Shown in pieces: positions 1-7,535 of a stretch of DNA of 32,000 bases. The DNA comes from an uncultured Eubacteriales bacterium (GTDB lineage Bacteria; Bacillota; Clostridia; Tissierellales; Peptoniphilaceae). The notes under the pieces were generated by a model. It was not told where the DNA came from. It did no database searches and saw nothing but the letters and a program-made list of their open reading frames with translations. The DNA lies in contig UQDI01000010.1 in the NCBI GenBank assembly GCA_900539725.1, forward strand, positions 1-32,000. The letters run 5' to 3'. The position numbers were made by a program, and so were the translations under genes. Numbering within the stretch: the stretch's first letter is position 1; every line of letters starts with the position of its first letter.

Positions 1-210
1 ACTCACAATATCCCCCCCCTATCATAGATAATAATTAATTATCCTTTATTAACATTATAATTATATTATACTTTATTTAGACAATTAATTCAATATATAA
101 ATTAAAATGTTGATATGCTTATTCTTTTAATTGTCAAGACATATGTTACATTTAGAAAATATTTTTGTATAATTTGGTTTGTTTTTTAGATTTTTATATC
201 CTTTCTCTCC

Positions 211-303
211 ATTCTCACTTTCAAAAAACAAAAATATTGCAAGTTTTGAAAGTGTATGATATAATACTTTCAAGAAATTAAAAAAATTAAAGTTTTGAAA
301 GTG
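211..303 (+). promoter_or_regulatory. ATPase gene promoter embedded in TTTTGAAAGTG inverted/direct repeats
   Basis: TTGCAA (238-243), 16 bp, TATAAT (260-265). CACTTTCAAAA (216-226) faces TTTTGAAAGTG (244-254), with ACTTTCAA at 266-273 and TTTTGAAAGTG again at 293-303. Confidence 0.6.
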
Positions 304-314
304 AGGTGTAAACA

Positions 315-1517
315 TTGAAAATTATTGAGAGGCCTTTATATTTAGATAGGTTAAAGAGGCTTTACGGTACTCCTGACATTAAAATTATAACGGGCTTACG
401 AAGGTCTGGAAAGTCTGAGCTCCTAAGGTCTTTTGTAAATTATTTGAAGGAGTCTTACACTGACATTAATATAATACGTATTGATTTTAGCGATTTAAAG
501 TTTGATTCTCTAAAAAATTATAAAAGTCTTTATGAATATGTTGAAAAAATGTATGATGATTCTCTTAAGAATGTTTTAATTGTTGATGAGGTTCAGTTAT
601 GTGAGAAATTTGAGCTAGCGATAAACAGTTTTCATAATAGTAAGAATTATGACATTTACCTAACTGGATCTAACGCTTTTTTATTGAGTTCTGATTTGGC
701 GACTCTTTTCACTGGAAGGTTTATAGAGATTCCGGTATATCCTTTTAGTTTTGAAGAGTATTGTGATTACTTTGATATCGATAGGGACTATTCTGAACAT
801 TTGCAGGATTATCTTGTTGTTGGCGGTCTTTCTGGTTCTTATGTGTATGATAATAAGGAAGATAGGGCGGCTTATATCAATGATGTATATAAAACTTTGA
901 TTAAAAGGGATTTGATTGATAGGTACAATTTAAATGACGAGGCTCTTCTTGATAACCTAACAGAGTTTTTGATGGATAATATTTCGAATTTGACAAATGC
1001 TAATAATATAAGTAAAGTCTTAAATTACAACAATATTGCGACTAATCACGTTACAATTGGCAACTATATTAAGTACTTGTGCAATGCCTTTATGTTCTAC
1101 AAGGTCAAGAGGTATGATATTAAGGGCAAAAAGTATCTTGGAACAAATGATAAGTATTATTTATCTGATCTTTCTTTTAGATATGCTATATTAGGTGTTA
1201 GAAATATTGATTATGGAATGGCTTATGAAAATATTGTTGCTATAGAGCTTTTAAGAAGGGGTTATGATATATACGTTGGTACGCTTTATCAAAAAGAAAT
1301 AGATTTTGTGGCAATGAAGGGTGATGAGAAAATCTATGTACAAGTTAGTGATGATGTATCTAGTGAAAAAACAATGCAAAGAGAGCTTGAGCCGTTATTA
1401 TCAATAAGGGATGCGTATCCAAAGATGATCCTTTCTAACACAAAGCATCCAATGAGCCTGATTGATGGTGTGAAACACATCGATATAGCTAGGTGGCTTA
1501 TGGGGGATGAATCTTAG
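315..1517 (+). CDS. AAA family ATPase with DUF4143-like C-terminal region
   Basis: TTG start preceded by GAGGTG. Walker A GLRRSGKS, Walker B-like NVLIVDEVQ, sensor-like IYLTGSNAFLLSSDLATLFTGR, and C-terminal YEIDFV-type motif (QKEIDFVAMKG), typical of AAA_14/DUF4143 proteins. Confidence 0.88.
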   Translation: MKIIERPLYLDRLKRLYGTPDIKIITGLRRSGKSELLRSFVNYLKESYTDINIIRIDFSDLKFDSLKNYKSLYEYVEKMYDDSLKNVLIVDEVQLCEKFELAINSFHNSKNYDIYLTGSNAFLLSSDLATLFTGRFIEIPVYPFSFEEYCDYFDIDRDYSEHLQDYLVVGGLSGSYVYDNKEDRAAYINDVYKTLIKRDLIDRYNLNDEALLDNLTEFLMDNISNLTNANNISKVLNYNNIATNHVTIGNYIKYLCNAFMFYKVKRYDIKGKKYLGTNDKYYLSDLSFRYAILGVRNIDYGMAYENIVAIELLRRGYDIYVGTLYQKEIDFVAMKGDEKIYVQVSDDVSSEKTMQRELEPLLSIRDAYPKMILSNTKHPMSLIDGVKHIDIARWLMGDES

Positions 1518-1614
1518 TTTGTGTATATATATATATTTTTTGTTTAATTCATTTTAATTAAGTATTGCTAAATGCAATATAAAGTGATATGATACATGTA
1601 TAGGAAGTGATATT

Positions 1615-1803
1615 ATGTCAAAAGCATCAAATGTATATATAGAACTTGAGTCTGAAATAAAAATGCCAATCAAAAAACCACTAGTTTATGAAGATTTAAG
1701 TGAAGAAGACTTTGATCACGAGATGCAAAAAGCAATTGATGATCTTGATAACGGCAGGACATATACTTCAGAAGAAGTAGAGAAAGAGTTGGAGGATATT
1801 TAA
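1615..1803 (+). CDS. Short RelB/DinJ-like antitoxin, probably internally deleted remnant
   Basis: 62 aa. N-terminus MSKASNVYIELESEIK resembles DinJ starts and the C-terminal half MPIKKPLVYEDLSEEDFDHEMQKAIDDLDNGRTYTSEEVEKELEDI resembles DinJ-family tails, but the ribbon-helix-helix core is missing. No toxin ORF follows. Confidence 0.55.
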   Translation: MSKASNVYIELESEIKMPIKKPLVYEDLSEEDFDHEMQKAIDDLDNGRTYTSEEVEKELEDI

Positions 1804-1817
1804 TACTACTAAAAATA

Positions 1818-1846
1818 TTGACAATTAATACATTTTAATCTATAAT
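1818..1846 (+). promoter_or_regulatory. Consensus sigma-A-type promoter
   Basis: TTGACA (1818-1823), 17 bp spacer, TATAAT (1841-1846); perfect hexamers. Confidence 0.7.
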
Positions 1847-1852
1847 TAACTT

Positions 1853-1912
1853 GACAGAGCCTCCCCACGCTTAATGTTTTACACATGCGGACCAAGGGGA
1901 GGACATTTTTTA
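1853..1912 (+). ncRNA. Candidate small structured RNA ending in an intrinsic terminator
   Basis: CCTCCCC (1861-1867) pairs with GGGGAGG (1897-1903), followed by ACATTTTTTAT. Inside, CGC/GCG and ATGT/ACAT can pair. Lies directly downstream of the 1818-1846 promoter. Confidence 0.45.
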
Positions 1913-1925
1913 TATTACTATATCT

Positions 1926-1969
1926 ATTCTCACTTTCAAAAAATGAAAAATATTTGAGTTTTGAAAGTC
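1926..1969. repeat. Second copy of the ~44 bp ATTCTCACTTTCAAAAAA...TTTTGAAAGT palindromic element
   Basis: ATTCTCACTTTCAAAAAA is identical to 211-228; TTTTGAAAGT (1959-1968) matches 244-253. Confidence 0.7.
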
Positions 1970-1988
1970 ACTCAAACATTTTACTATC

Positions 1989-2014
1989 AAGGACTGCTTA
2001 TGTGGTCCTTTTCT
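1989..2014. terminator. Possible intrinsic terminator
   Basis: AAGGAC (1989-1994) pairs with GTCCTT (2005-2010), followed by TTCT; short stem. Confidence 0.4.
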
Positions 2015-2242
2015 ATTGCCATAAGTGTAATCAAAACCAAAACCAAAAGTATAATCATAAACACAATCATTAACACGATCAAATCCATAAGCAAAACTAT
2101 AATCATAACTACAGGCAAAAGCATTCCACTCCACCATTTATAAACTATTTCACACTTTCTCTTAATAAATTCATAAAGTTGTTTTAATTTTTCTATCTCT
2201 CGGGTATATATTAAATAGAAAATCAATTAAGGAGGTAAGCTT

Positions 2243-2764
2243 ATGAGAATCGAATTTGTAGGAAAGAACATTGAACTAACTCAAAGTTTAAAGGATGTGG
2301 CTGAAAAGAAGTTCCAAAAGCTTGACAAGTTTATTGGCAAGGATGTGGACGCGAAGGTTGTCTTCTCGGCTGTTAGAAACACTAAATCTGTAGAAGTAAC
2401 TATCTTCCTAGATAGGACTATACTTAGAGCTGAGGAAGAAAGTGACGACATGTACACATCTATCGACAGGGCGGTTGATGTTTTGGAAAGACAGGTTAGA
2501 AAGTACAAAACTAAGCTTCAAAACAGATACCAAAAGAACGAGTCGATTAGGTTTGAAAATGTTAAGCCTATGGATGAGCCGGATGAGGCTAAGCTTGTAA
2601 AGAACAAGAAATTTAAGGTGGTACCTATGTCTTCTGACGAGGCTATACTTCAAATGGAACTACTTAGACACAATTTCTTCGTATACCAAAACGCTAAAAC
2701 TGAAGCCATCAACGTAGTATACAAGAGAAAGGACGGCAACTACGGCCTTATTGAAGTTGAATAA
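2243..2764 (+). CDS. hpf: Ribosome hibernation promoting factor, long form
   Basis: AAGGAGG RBS; MRIEFVGKNIELTQSLKDVAEKKFQKLDKF N-terminal domain plus C-terminal VVRxK...KPMxxDEAILQMELLRHNFFVYQNAKT...NVVYKRKDGNYGLIE typical of long HPF. Confidence 0.95.
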   Translation: MRIEFVGKNIELTQSLKDVAEKKFQKLDKFIGKDVDAKVVFSAVRNTKSVEVTIFLDRTILRAEEESDDMYTSIDRAVDVLERQVRKYKTKLQNRYQKNESIRFENVKPMDEPDEAKLVKNKKFKVVPMSSDEAILQMELLRHNFFVYQNAKTEAINVVYKRKDGNYGLIEVE

Positions 2765-2765
2765 A

Positions 2766-4727
2766 ATGAATATTAATATAGATGATTTTAAATTAAACAA
2801 ACCCATATCTTCGGTGAAGATATCGCCGGATGGTCGTCACAAGGTATTTATGGTGACTGACGTGGATATGGCGGCGAATGAGTACAAAAACTCATTTTAC
2901 ATGCTTGATGAAAATGATTCTTTGAAGAGACTGTCTACTAATGACGTCTCTTCTACTTATGCCGTGGACAATGGCGGGATCATTTTTGCTAAGTCTGACG
3001 AGAAAAGGAAGTATGCGTCTATCGTTTACCGTCTAAGCTTCAGTGGCGGTGAGAGGGAGGAGCTCTTTAGGCTAAATTACCCAATTAATGGTATTCGCAT
3101 CTTGGATGAGGAAAGGCTGATCTTGTCTATCAGCAATTCTGAGAAGATCAGGCACTTTAAGGACATGGATCAAGAGACTTACGAGAAGAAGGCGGCTGAA
3201 ATTAAGGAGGAGGACGACTACACTATTTACGACGAAATTCCTTTCTACCTTAACGGCGCTGGCTACAACAACAAGATTCGTACTTCGCTTGCAAGATACA
3301 ATATGACGAGCGGCGCGCTTAAGATTATTACTGATGACTTTACTAGTGTATCGAGCTATGACATAGCGCCTGATAAGTCTGAAATTGTCTACACTTCTGA
3401 GTCTTATACTGACAAGGCGCCTTTAAAGAGTCAGCTTTATGTTTATAGTTTTGCGGACGATAAGTCTGTGAAACTTGATTATGGCATGGGTCTTAGCTAT
3501 TATGGACCTAAGTATGCGGGGGATGATGTTTTTGTCTTTGCTACTGATCAAGTGGATCACGGCATCAACCAAAATCCAAAGGTCTACCTGATCGATAAGT
3601 CTAGGGAAAATATCAAGTGCATTAATGATGACTTCGATATGTCGATTGGCTCATCTGTGGGCAGCGACCTTCGTTATGGCGGTGGCTACTCATTTAGAGT
3701 GATGAAGGACAAGCTTTACTTTATATCAACCCTTGCGAATAGCGCAGACATCTTCGTCATTGACAAGGCGGGTAAATTGGAAAGGCTTTCTAAGGTAGTC
3801 GGCTCAGTCGATGAGTTTGACGCTTGTGAGTGTGGCGCTATCTACGCTATAGGCATGCTGGACTACAATTTACAAGAAGTTTATAAATTTGAAGGGGATA
3901 AATTTAAGAAAGTGACTGCCATAAACGAGGCTTTACAAAAGACTTGGGGCGCTGAAAAATATGACAAGATCACGTTTAAGAATGACGATATAGATTTTGA
4001 GGGCTTTGTGATCAAGCCGGACGGATACAAGCCGGGCAAGAAATACCCTGCGATACTTGAGATTCACGGCGGTCCAAAGACTGTTACGGGCGAGGTTCTA
4101 TACCACGAGTACCTTTATTTTGCAAAGCAAGGCTACTTTGTCTTCTTCACTAATCCGAGGGGCTCGGACGGCCGCGGCAATGATTTTATGAACATCAGGG
4201 GTAAGTACGGCACTATCGATTACGACGATTTGATGAAGTTCACTGACACTGTTTTGGAAAAGTACGAGGACATTGACAGGGACAACGTTCATGTGACTGG
4301 CGGCAGCTACGGCGGCTTCATGACTAACTGGATCATCGGACATACCAACAGATTTAAATCGGCTGCGTCGCAACGCTCGATATCGAACTGGCTAAGCTTT
4401 TTCGGTGTATCGGACATAGGCTACTATTTCGCGACTGATCAAAATTTGGCAGAGCCATTTACATCGAGTGAAGCCTTATGGGAACGCTCTCCGCTTAAAT
4501 ACGCGAGCGAGGTCAAGACGCCGACATTGTTTATCCACTCGGACGAGGACTTCAGATGCCCACTAGAGCAAGGCGTGCAAATGTTTACAGCGCTTAAGTA
4601 CTTCGGAGTCGACTCGAAGATAGTTATCTTCCACGGCGAAAACCACGAGCTAAGCCGCTCTGGCAAGCCAAAGCACAGACAAAGAAGACTTGACGAGATA
4701 ATCACATGGATTAAAAAGAGATCATAA
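2766..4727 (+). CDS. S9 family peptidase (prolyl oligopeptidase / acylaminoacyl peptidase-like)
   Basis: C-terminal alpha/beta-hydrolase with GGPKTVTG, NPRGSDGRG, catalytic GGSYGGFMTNW, HSDEDFRCP and GENHELSRSGKP. ATG at 2766 preferred over the upstream TTG at 2751. Confidence 0.93.
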   Translation: MNINIDDFKLNKPISSVKISPDGRHKVFMVTDVDMAANEYKNSFYMLDENDSLKRLSTNDVSSTYAVDNGGIIFAKSDEKRKYASIVYRLSFSGGEREELFRLNYPINGIRILDEERLILSISNSEKIRHFKDMDQETYEKKAAEIKEEDDYTIYDEIPFYLNGAGYNNKIRTSLARYNMTSGALKIITDDFTSVSSYDIAPDKSEIVYTSESYTDKAPLKSQLYVYSFADDKSVKLDYGMGLSYYGPKYAGDDVFVFATDQVDHGINQNPKVYLIDKSRENIKCINDDFDMSIGSSVGSDLRYGGGYSFRVMKDKLYFISTLANSADIFVIDKAGKLERLSKVVGSVDEFDACECGAIYAIGMLDYNLQEVYKFEGDKFKKVTAINEALQKTWGAEKYDKITFKNDDIDFEGFVIKPDGYKPGKKYPAILEIHGGPKTVTGEVLYHEYLYFAKQGYFVFFTNPRGSDGRGNDFMNIRGKYGTIDYDDLMKFTDTVLEKYEDIDRDNVHVTGGSYGGFMTNWIIGHTNRFKSAASQRSISNWLSFFGVSDIGYYFATDQNLAEPFTSSEALWERSPLKYASEVKTPTLFIHSDEDFRCPLEQGVQMFTALKYFGVDSKIVIFHGENHELSRSGKPKHRQRRLDEIITWIKKRS

Positions 4728-4733
4728 TATAGA

Positions 4734-4765
4734 AAGGTGCATATCGCTTGATGTGCACTTTTTTT
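4734..4765 (+). terminator. Intrinsic terminator after S9 peptidase gene
   Basis: GTGCA...TGCAC stem followed by TTTTTTT. Confidence 0.7.
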
Positions 4766-4809
4766 GTGGATGGGTTTATAGCATGGCACGAGAAGACCAT
4801 TAGCAAAGT

Positions 4810-4943
4810 GTGACTAATTGTCACGGCTTCAAGCCGAGTAGCGAGTGTATGGTGAGCGGCGAGACCATAATCAGTGCGTGACAAATTGTCACGAAGTCAA
4901 TTTACATAAAGGGATTTATTTTAAGTGGCTACAATTTGTAGCC
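4810..4943. repeat. Cluster of small palindromes
   Basis: GTGACTAATTGTCAC (4810-4824), GTGACAAATTGTCAC (4878-4892) and GGCTACAATTTGTAGCC (4927-4943). Confidence 0.65.
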
Positions 4944-5044
4944 GTTTGAACTATAATATATATTTATAAATATAGGCCAATAAGACAAATATTTCCATAG
5001 CTAAAAAACGAATTTTGTAGTATAATCATTAGAGGAGGAGAAAA

Positions 5045-5728
5045 ATGGATTACGAAAAATTTTACTACATAGCAGAAATCATCGGTACTGTGGCCTTTGC
5101 CTCATCGGGCACGCTTGTCGCCATCAGAAAGGGCATGGACGTCTTTGGCATCGTGGTTCTTGCGATAATCACAGCGATAGGAGGCGGTGTCATTCGTGAC
5201 ATCACCCTAGGTATCACGCCGCCCATGGCATTTAGAGACAACACATACACAATAGTTGCCATCGTTACTGCGCTCGTTTTGATACTATTTTTGTCGAAAA
5301 AAATTAAATTTTTAAGATTAAATACAGTTAACAGAAACTTTATGATTAAATACACACAAGTCGCGTCAGTGCTCGACTCCATAGGCCTTGGCCTGTTCAC
5401 AGTCAGCGGCGTAAGCGTTGCCATGGTCAGAGGCTACTCGAACAACGCCTTTTTGATGATCTTCGTCGGCGTCATCACCGGCTGCGGCGGCGGAGTCTTG
5501 AGAGACCTTCTTTCAGACACCATCCCGATTATATTCACAAAAAACACCATTTACGCAGTTGCCTCGCTTTTGGGCGCAGTCATGTTTATAGTTTTGAGAC
5601 CATATGGAGCGAACTTCTCCTTCTTTATGGGCGCCTTAACAACAGTCGTTATCAGACTTCTGTCGATGAAGTATAGGTGGAGTCTGCCAGACGTTTCATC
5701 TGACCTTGTCGATGGGGACGACGTTTAA
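5045..5728 (+). CDS. Trimeric intracellular cation channel / UPF0126 family membrane protein
   Basis: Two repeats: ASSGTLVAIRKGMDVFGIVVLAIITAIGGGVIRDITLG and ITGCGGGVLRDLLSDTIPIIFTKN-IYA, characteristic of the UPF0126/TRIC family. RBS gaggagg. Confidence 0.92.
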   Translation: MDYEKFYYIAEIIGTVAFASSGTLVAIRKGMDVFGIVVLAIITAIGGGVIRDITLGITPPMAFRDNTYTIVAIVTALVLILFLSKKIKFLRLNTVNRNFMIKYTQVASVLDSIGLGLFTVSGVSVAMVRGYSNNAFLMIFVGVITGCGGGVLRDLLSDTIPIIFTKNTIYAVASLLGAVMFIVLRPYGANFSFFMGALTTVVIRLLSMKYRWSLPDVSSDLVDGDDV

Positions 5729-5755
5729 GAGGATTTAATACAGATTTTACTTTAG

Positions 5756-5788
5756 AAAGCTTTGTTTATGCATGAACAAGGCTTTTTC
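5756..5788 (+). terminator. Intrinsic terminator
   Basis: AAAGCTTTGTT...AACAAGGCTTTTT hairpin with T-run. Confidence 0.6.
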
Positions 5789-5820
5789 TATGCGAATAGC
5801 TGGGCCACTGTGTACAAAAC

Positions 5821-5955
5821 TGTGGATAAGTCTGTGGATAGATTATAAATCACAAGAAAATAGCTTTGTCAAGTGCTATTTTTGTGAAAAACGCCTGTGG
5901 ATAATGTGGATAAGCTTGTGCATAAATGTAAAATAGCGATTTGCAGTGTGGATAT
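5821..5955. promoter_or_regulatory. Cluster of DnaA-box-like sites
   Basis: TGTGGATAA at 5821-5829, 5896-5904 and 5905-5913; one-mismatch sites TGTGGATAG 5833-5841, TGTGCATAA 5917-5925, TGTGGATAT 5947-5955. All in the same orientation. Confidence 0.6.
5851..5886. terminator. Hairpin between DnaA-box-like sites
   Basis: CACAAGAAAATAGC / GCTATTTTTGTG inverted repeat with 9-10 nt loop. Confidence 0.45.
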
Positions 5956-6040
5956 CTATGTGAGTAAGTGAACTATTAAATTTTTTATATATTTGTAAGC
6001 TTAGTATTAAAAATATTTATAAGGAATAAGACCATTTCCA

Positions 6041-6069
6041 TTGCTTTTATATTTCTTTAGCAGTATAAT
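6041..6069 (+). promoter_or_regulatory. Promoter of first copper-amine-oxidase-N-like gene
   Basis: TTGCTT, 17 bp, TATAAT; same architecture duplicated at 7472-7500. Confidence 0.6.
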
Positions 6070-6104
6070 AAAGTTAATAAATCTATTTAAGGAGGAATTA
6101 TATT

Positions 6105-7427
6105 ATGAAGAAGAAAATTTCACTGTTATTAGCAATACTTATGCTTGTAACATTAATCCCAACAGCATTTGCTGAATCAAAAACAGTAGATGCAGTAAAA
6201 AACACTAAAAAGGTGACACTTGACGGAGAAGAAGTCATGGTCGGCGCATACGACGTAGAAGGCTACAACTACCTAAAATTAAGAGACATAGCAGCAATAC
6301 TTAACGGCAAGAAATGTCAATTCAGCGTTGGCTACGATGAGCCAACAAAGTTAATTTCGGTAGAACTAGCAAAGGCTTATGAAAAAGTTGAAGGCGACCT
6401 AGCAGAAATTAAGGACGAAAAAGCAAAAGCAATCGTATCAGTTAAGAAGATTCTTGTTAATGGCGAAGAAAAAGAAGTAAAGACAGCACTAATCAATGAG
6501 TATAACTATATGCAATTAAGAGACCTTGGTTCACTAGTAGGACTTAACGTTGGCTATGATAAAGTGAATAAAGTTATCATGCTAAAGAGCGATGCTGAAG
6601 CAAAAGAAGAAAAGCCAGAAGAAAAAGAAGAAAAGACTGACGAAAAGAAAGACGAAAAGAAAGAAGAAGTAAAAACAGAAGCAAAAGTAGAATTAGTTCC
6701 TGAAGATAAATGGACTAAAGAAGAAAAAGAATGGTTTGATACTTGTGATAATTATCACGATGCAGTTATTAATATTGTATCTAACGATCTTCCAGAAGAT
6801 GCTAGTGAAGCGCAAATAGCTATGAAGACATATTTTACTAACATGCTACTATTTAGTATATATGGCGGAAACATAGCTTTTGAAGGCGGAGCTAAGAGCA
6901 TTGACAAAAGCGTTGAAGTCAGAGATGGTGTTAGATATTGCGTTGCTCAATATAATTATCCAAGTGGATCTGCTTTAAAATTTGAAGCTAGTAAAGTAGG
7001 CACTGATGATGAAGAATTAAACGATTATTTAATAAACTCTATCATTTTATATGCAGAAAAAGAATTGCCAGAAAAATACCAAAAAGATACTAAATTAATT
7101 TGTAAGGCCTTAATTGAATTTTATGATGCTATAGCTGACAAAGATTATGAAAAGGCTGCTAAAGTAGCTAAAGAATTAGGTACAAAAGCAGACGCTGAAA
7201 GAGTAAAAGCTTTTGAAAAAACAGCTAGACAATTTGCAGAAGTAGTAGGTATTGAAATATTTGGAAAAGATTATAAAGCTGAAGAAATAGCTGCTCCATA
7301 CAACGATCCTGACAGCGATCCTTGCGTTGCATTTAAATATAAGGACGGAAGTTCATTCGCTTTATATTATACAGATGTTTATGAAGGTGGCATAGTAGGA
7401 AGCCCATATTCAGCTAAGTCTAATTAA
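6105..7427 (+). CDS. Secreted protein with copper amine oxidase N-terminal-like domains, paralog 1
   Basis: Signal peptide MKKKISLLLAILMLVTLIPTAFA; V.LDGEEV...YLKLRDIAAILNGKK.QFSVGYD and YNYMQLRDLGSLVGLNVGYD repeats; E/K-rich linker. RBS aaggagg. Confidence 0.85.
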   Translation: MKKKISLLLAILMLVTLIPTAFAESKTVDAVKNTKKVTLDGEEVMVGAYDVEGYNYLKLRDIAAILNGKKCQFSVGYDEPTKLISVELAKAYEKVEGDLAEIKDEKAKAIVSVKKILVNGEEKEVKTALINEYNYMQLRDLGSLVGLNVGYDKVNKVIMLKSDAEAKEEKPEEKEEKTDEKKDEKKEEVKTEAKVELVPEDKWTKEEKEWFDTCDNYHDAVINIVSNDLPEDASEAQIAMKTYFTNMLLFSIYGGNIAFEGGAKSIDKSVEVRDGVRYCVAQYNYPSGSALKFEASKVGTDDEELNDYLINSIILYAEKELPEKYQKDTKLICKALIEFYDAIADKDYEKAAKVAKELGTKADAERVKAFEKTARQFAEVVGIEIFGKDYKAEEIAAPYNDPDSDPCVAFKYKDGSSFALYYTDVYEGGIVGSPYSAKSN

Positions 7428-7446
7428 TTTAATTATTTAAAAAATT

Positions 7447-7468
7447 GGGAGCGAAAGCTCCCTTTTTT
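7447..7468 (+). terminator. Intrinsic terminator
   Basis: GGGAGC-GAAA-GCTCCC-TTTTTT. Confidence 0.9.
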
Positions 7469-7471
7469 ATC

Positions 7472-7500
7472 TTGATTTTATATTTCTTAAGTAGTATAAT
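7472..7500 (+). promoter_or_regulatory. Promoter of second paralog
   Basis: TTGATT, 17 bp, TATAAT. Confidence 0.6.
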
Positions 7501-7535
7501 AAAGTTAACAAATCTATTTGAGGAGGAGTAATATT

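Noticed and set aside
127-315. Plus-strand 62 aa ORF upstream of the ATPase
   Set aside because: Low-complexity F/N/K-rich product spanning the ATPase promoter and palindromes, with no convincing RBS.
315-1803. ATPase plus small protein as a complete toxin-antitoxin or defence system
   Set aside because: The ATPase family is widespread without proven toxin function, the small protein lacks its DNA-binding core, and no toxin or nuclease is adjacent.
2751-2765. Annotated upstream TTG start for the S9 peptidase
   Set aside because: It lies within the end of hpf; ATG 2766 is the more economical start.
4098-4789. Minus-strand ORFs 4098..4373 and 4439..4789
   Set aside because: Antisense shadows inside the well-supported S9 peptidase gene.
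5821-5955. Calling this region oriC
   Set aside because: No dnaA/dnaN nearby and no change in gene orientation across the site; the box cluster alone is insufficient, so it is kept only as a DnaA-box-like cluster.
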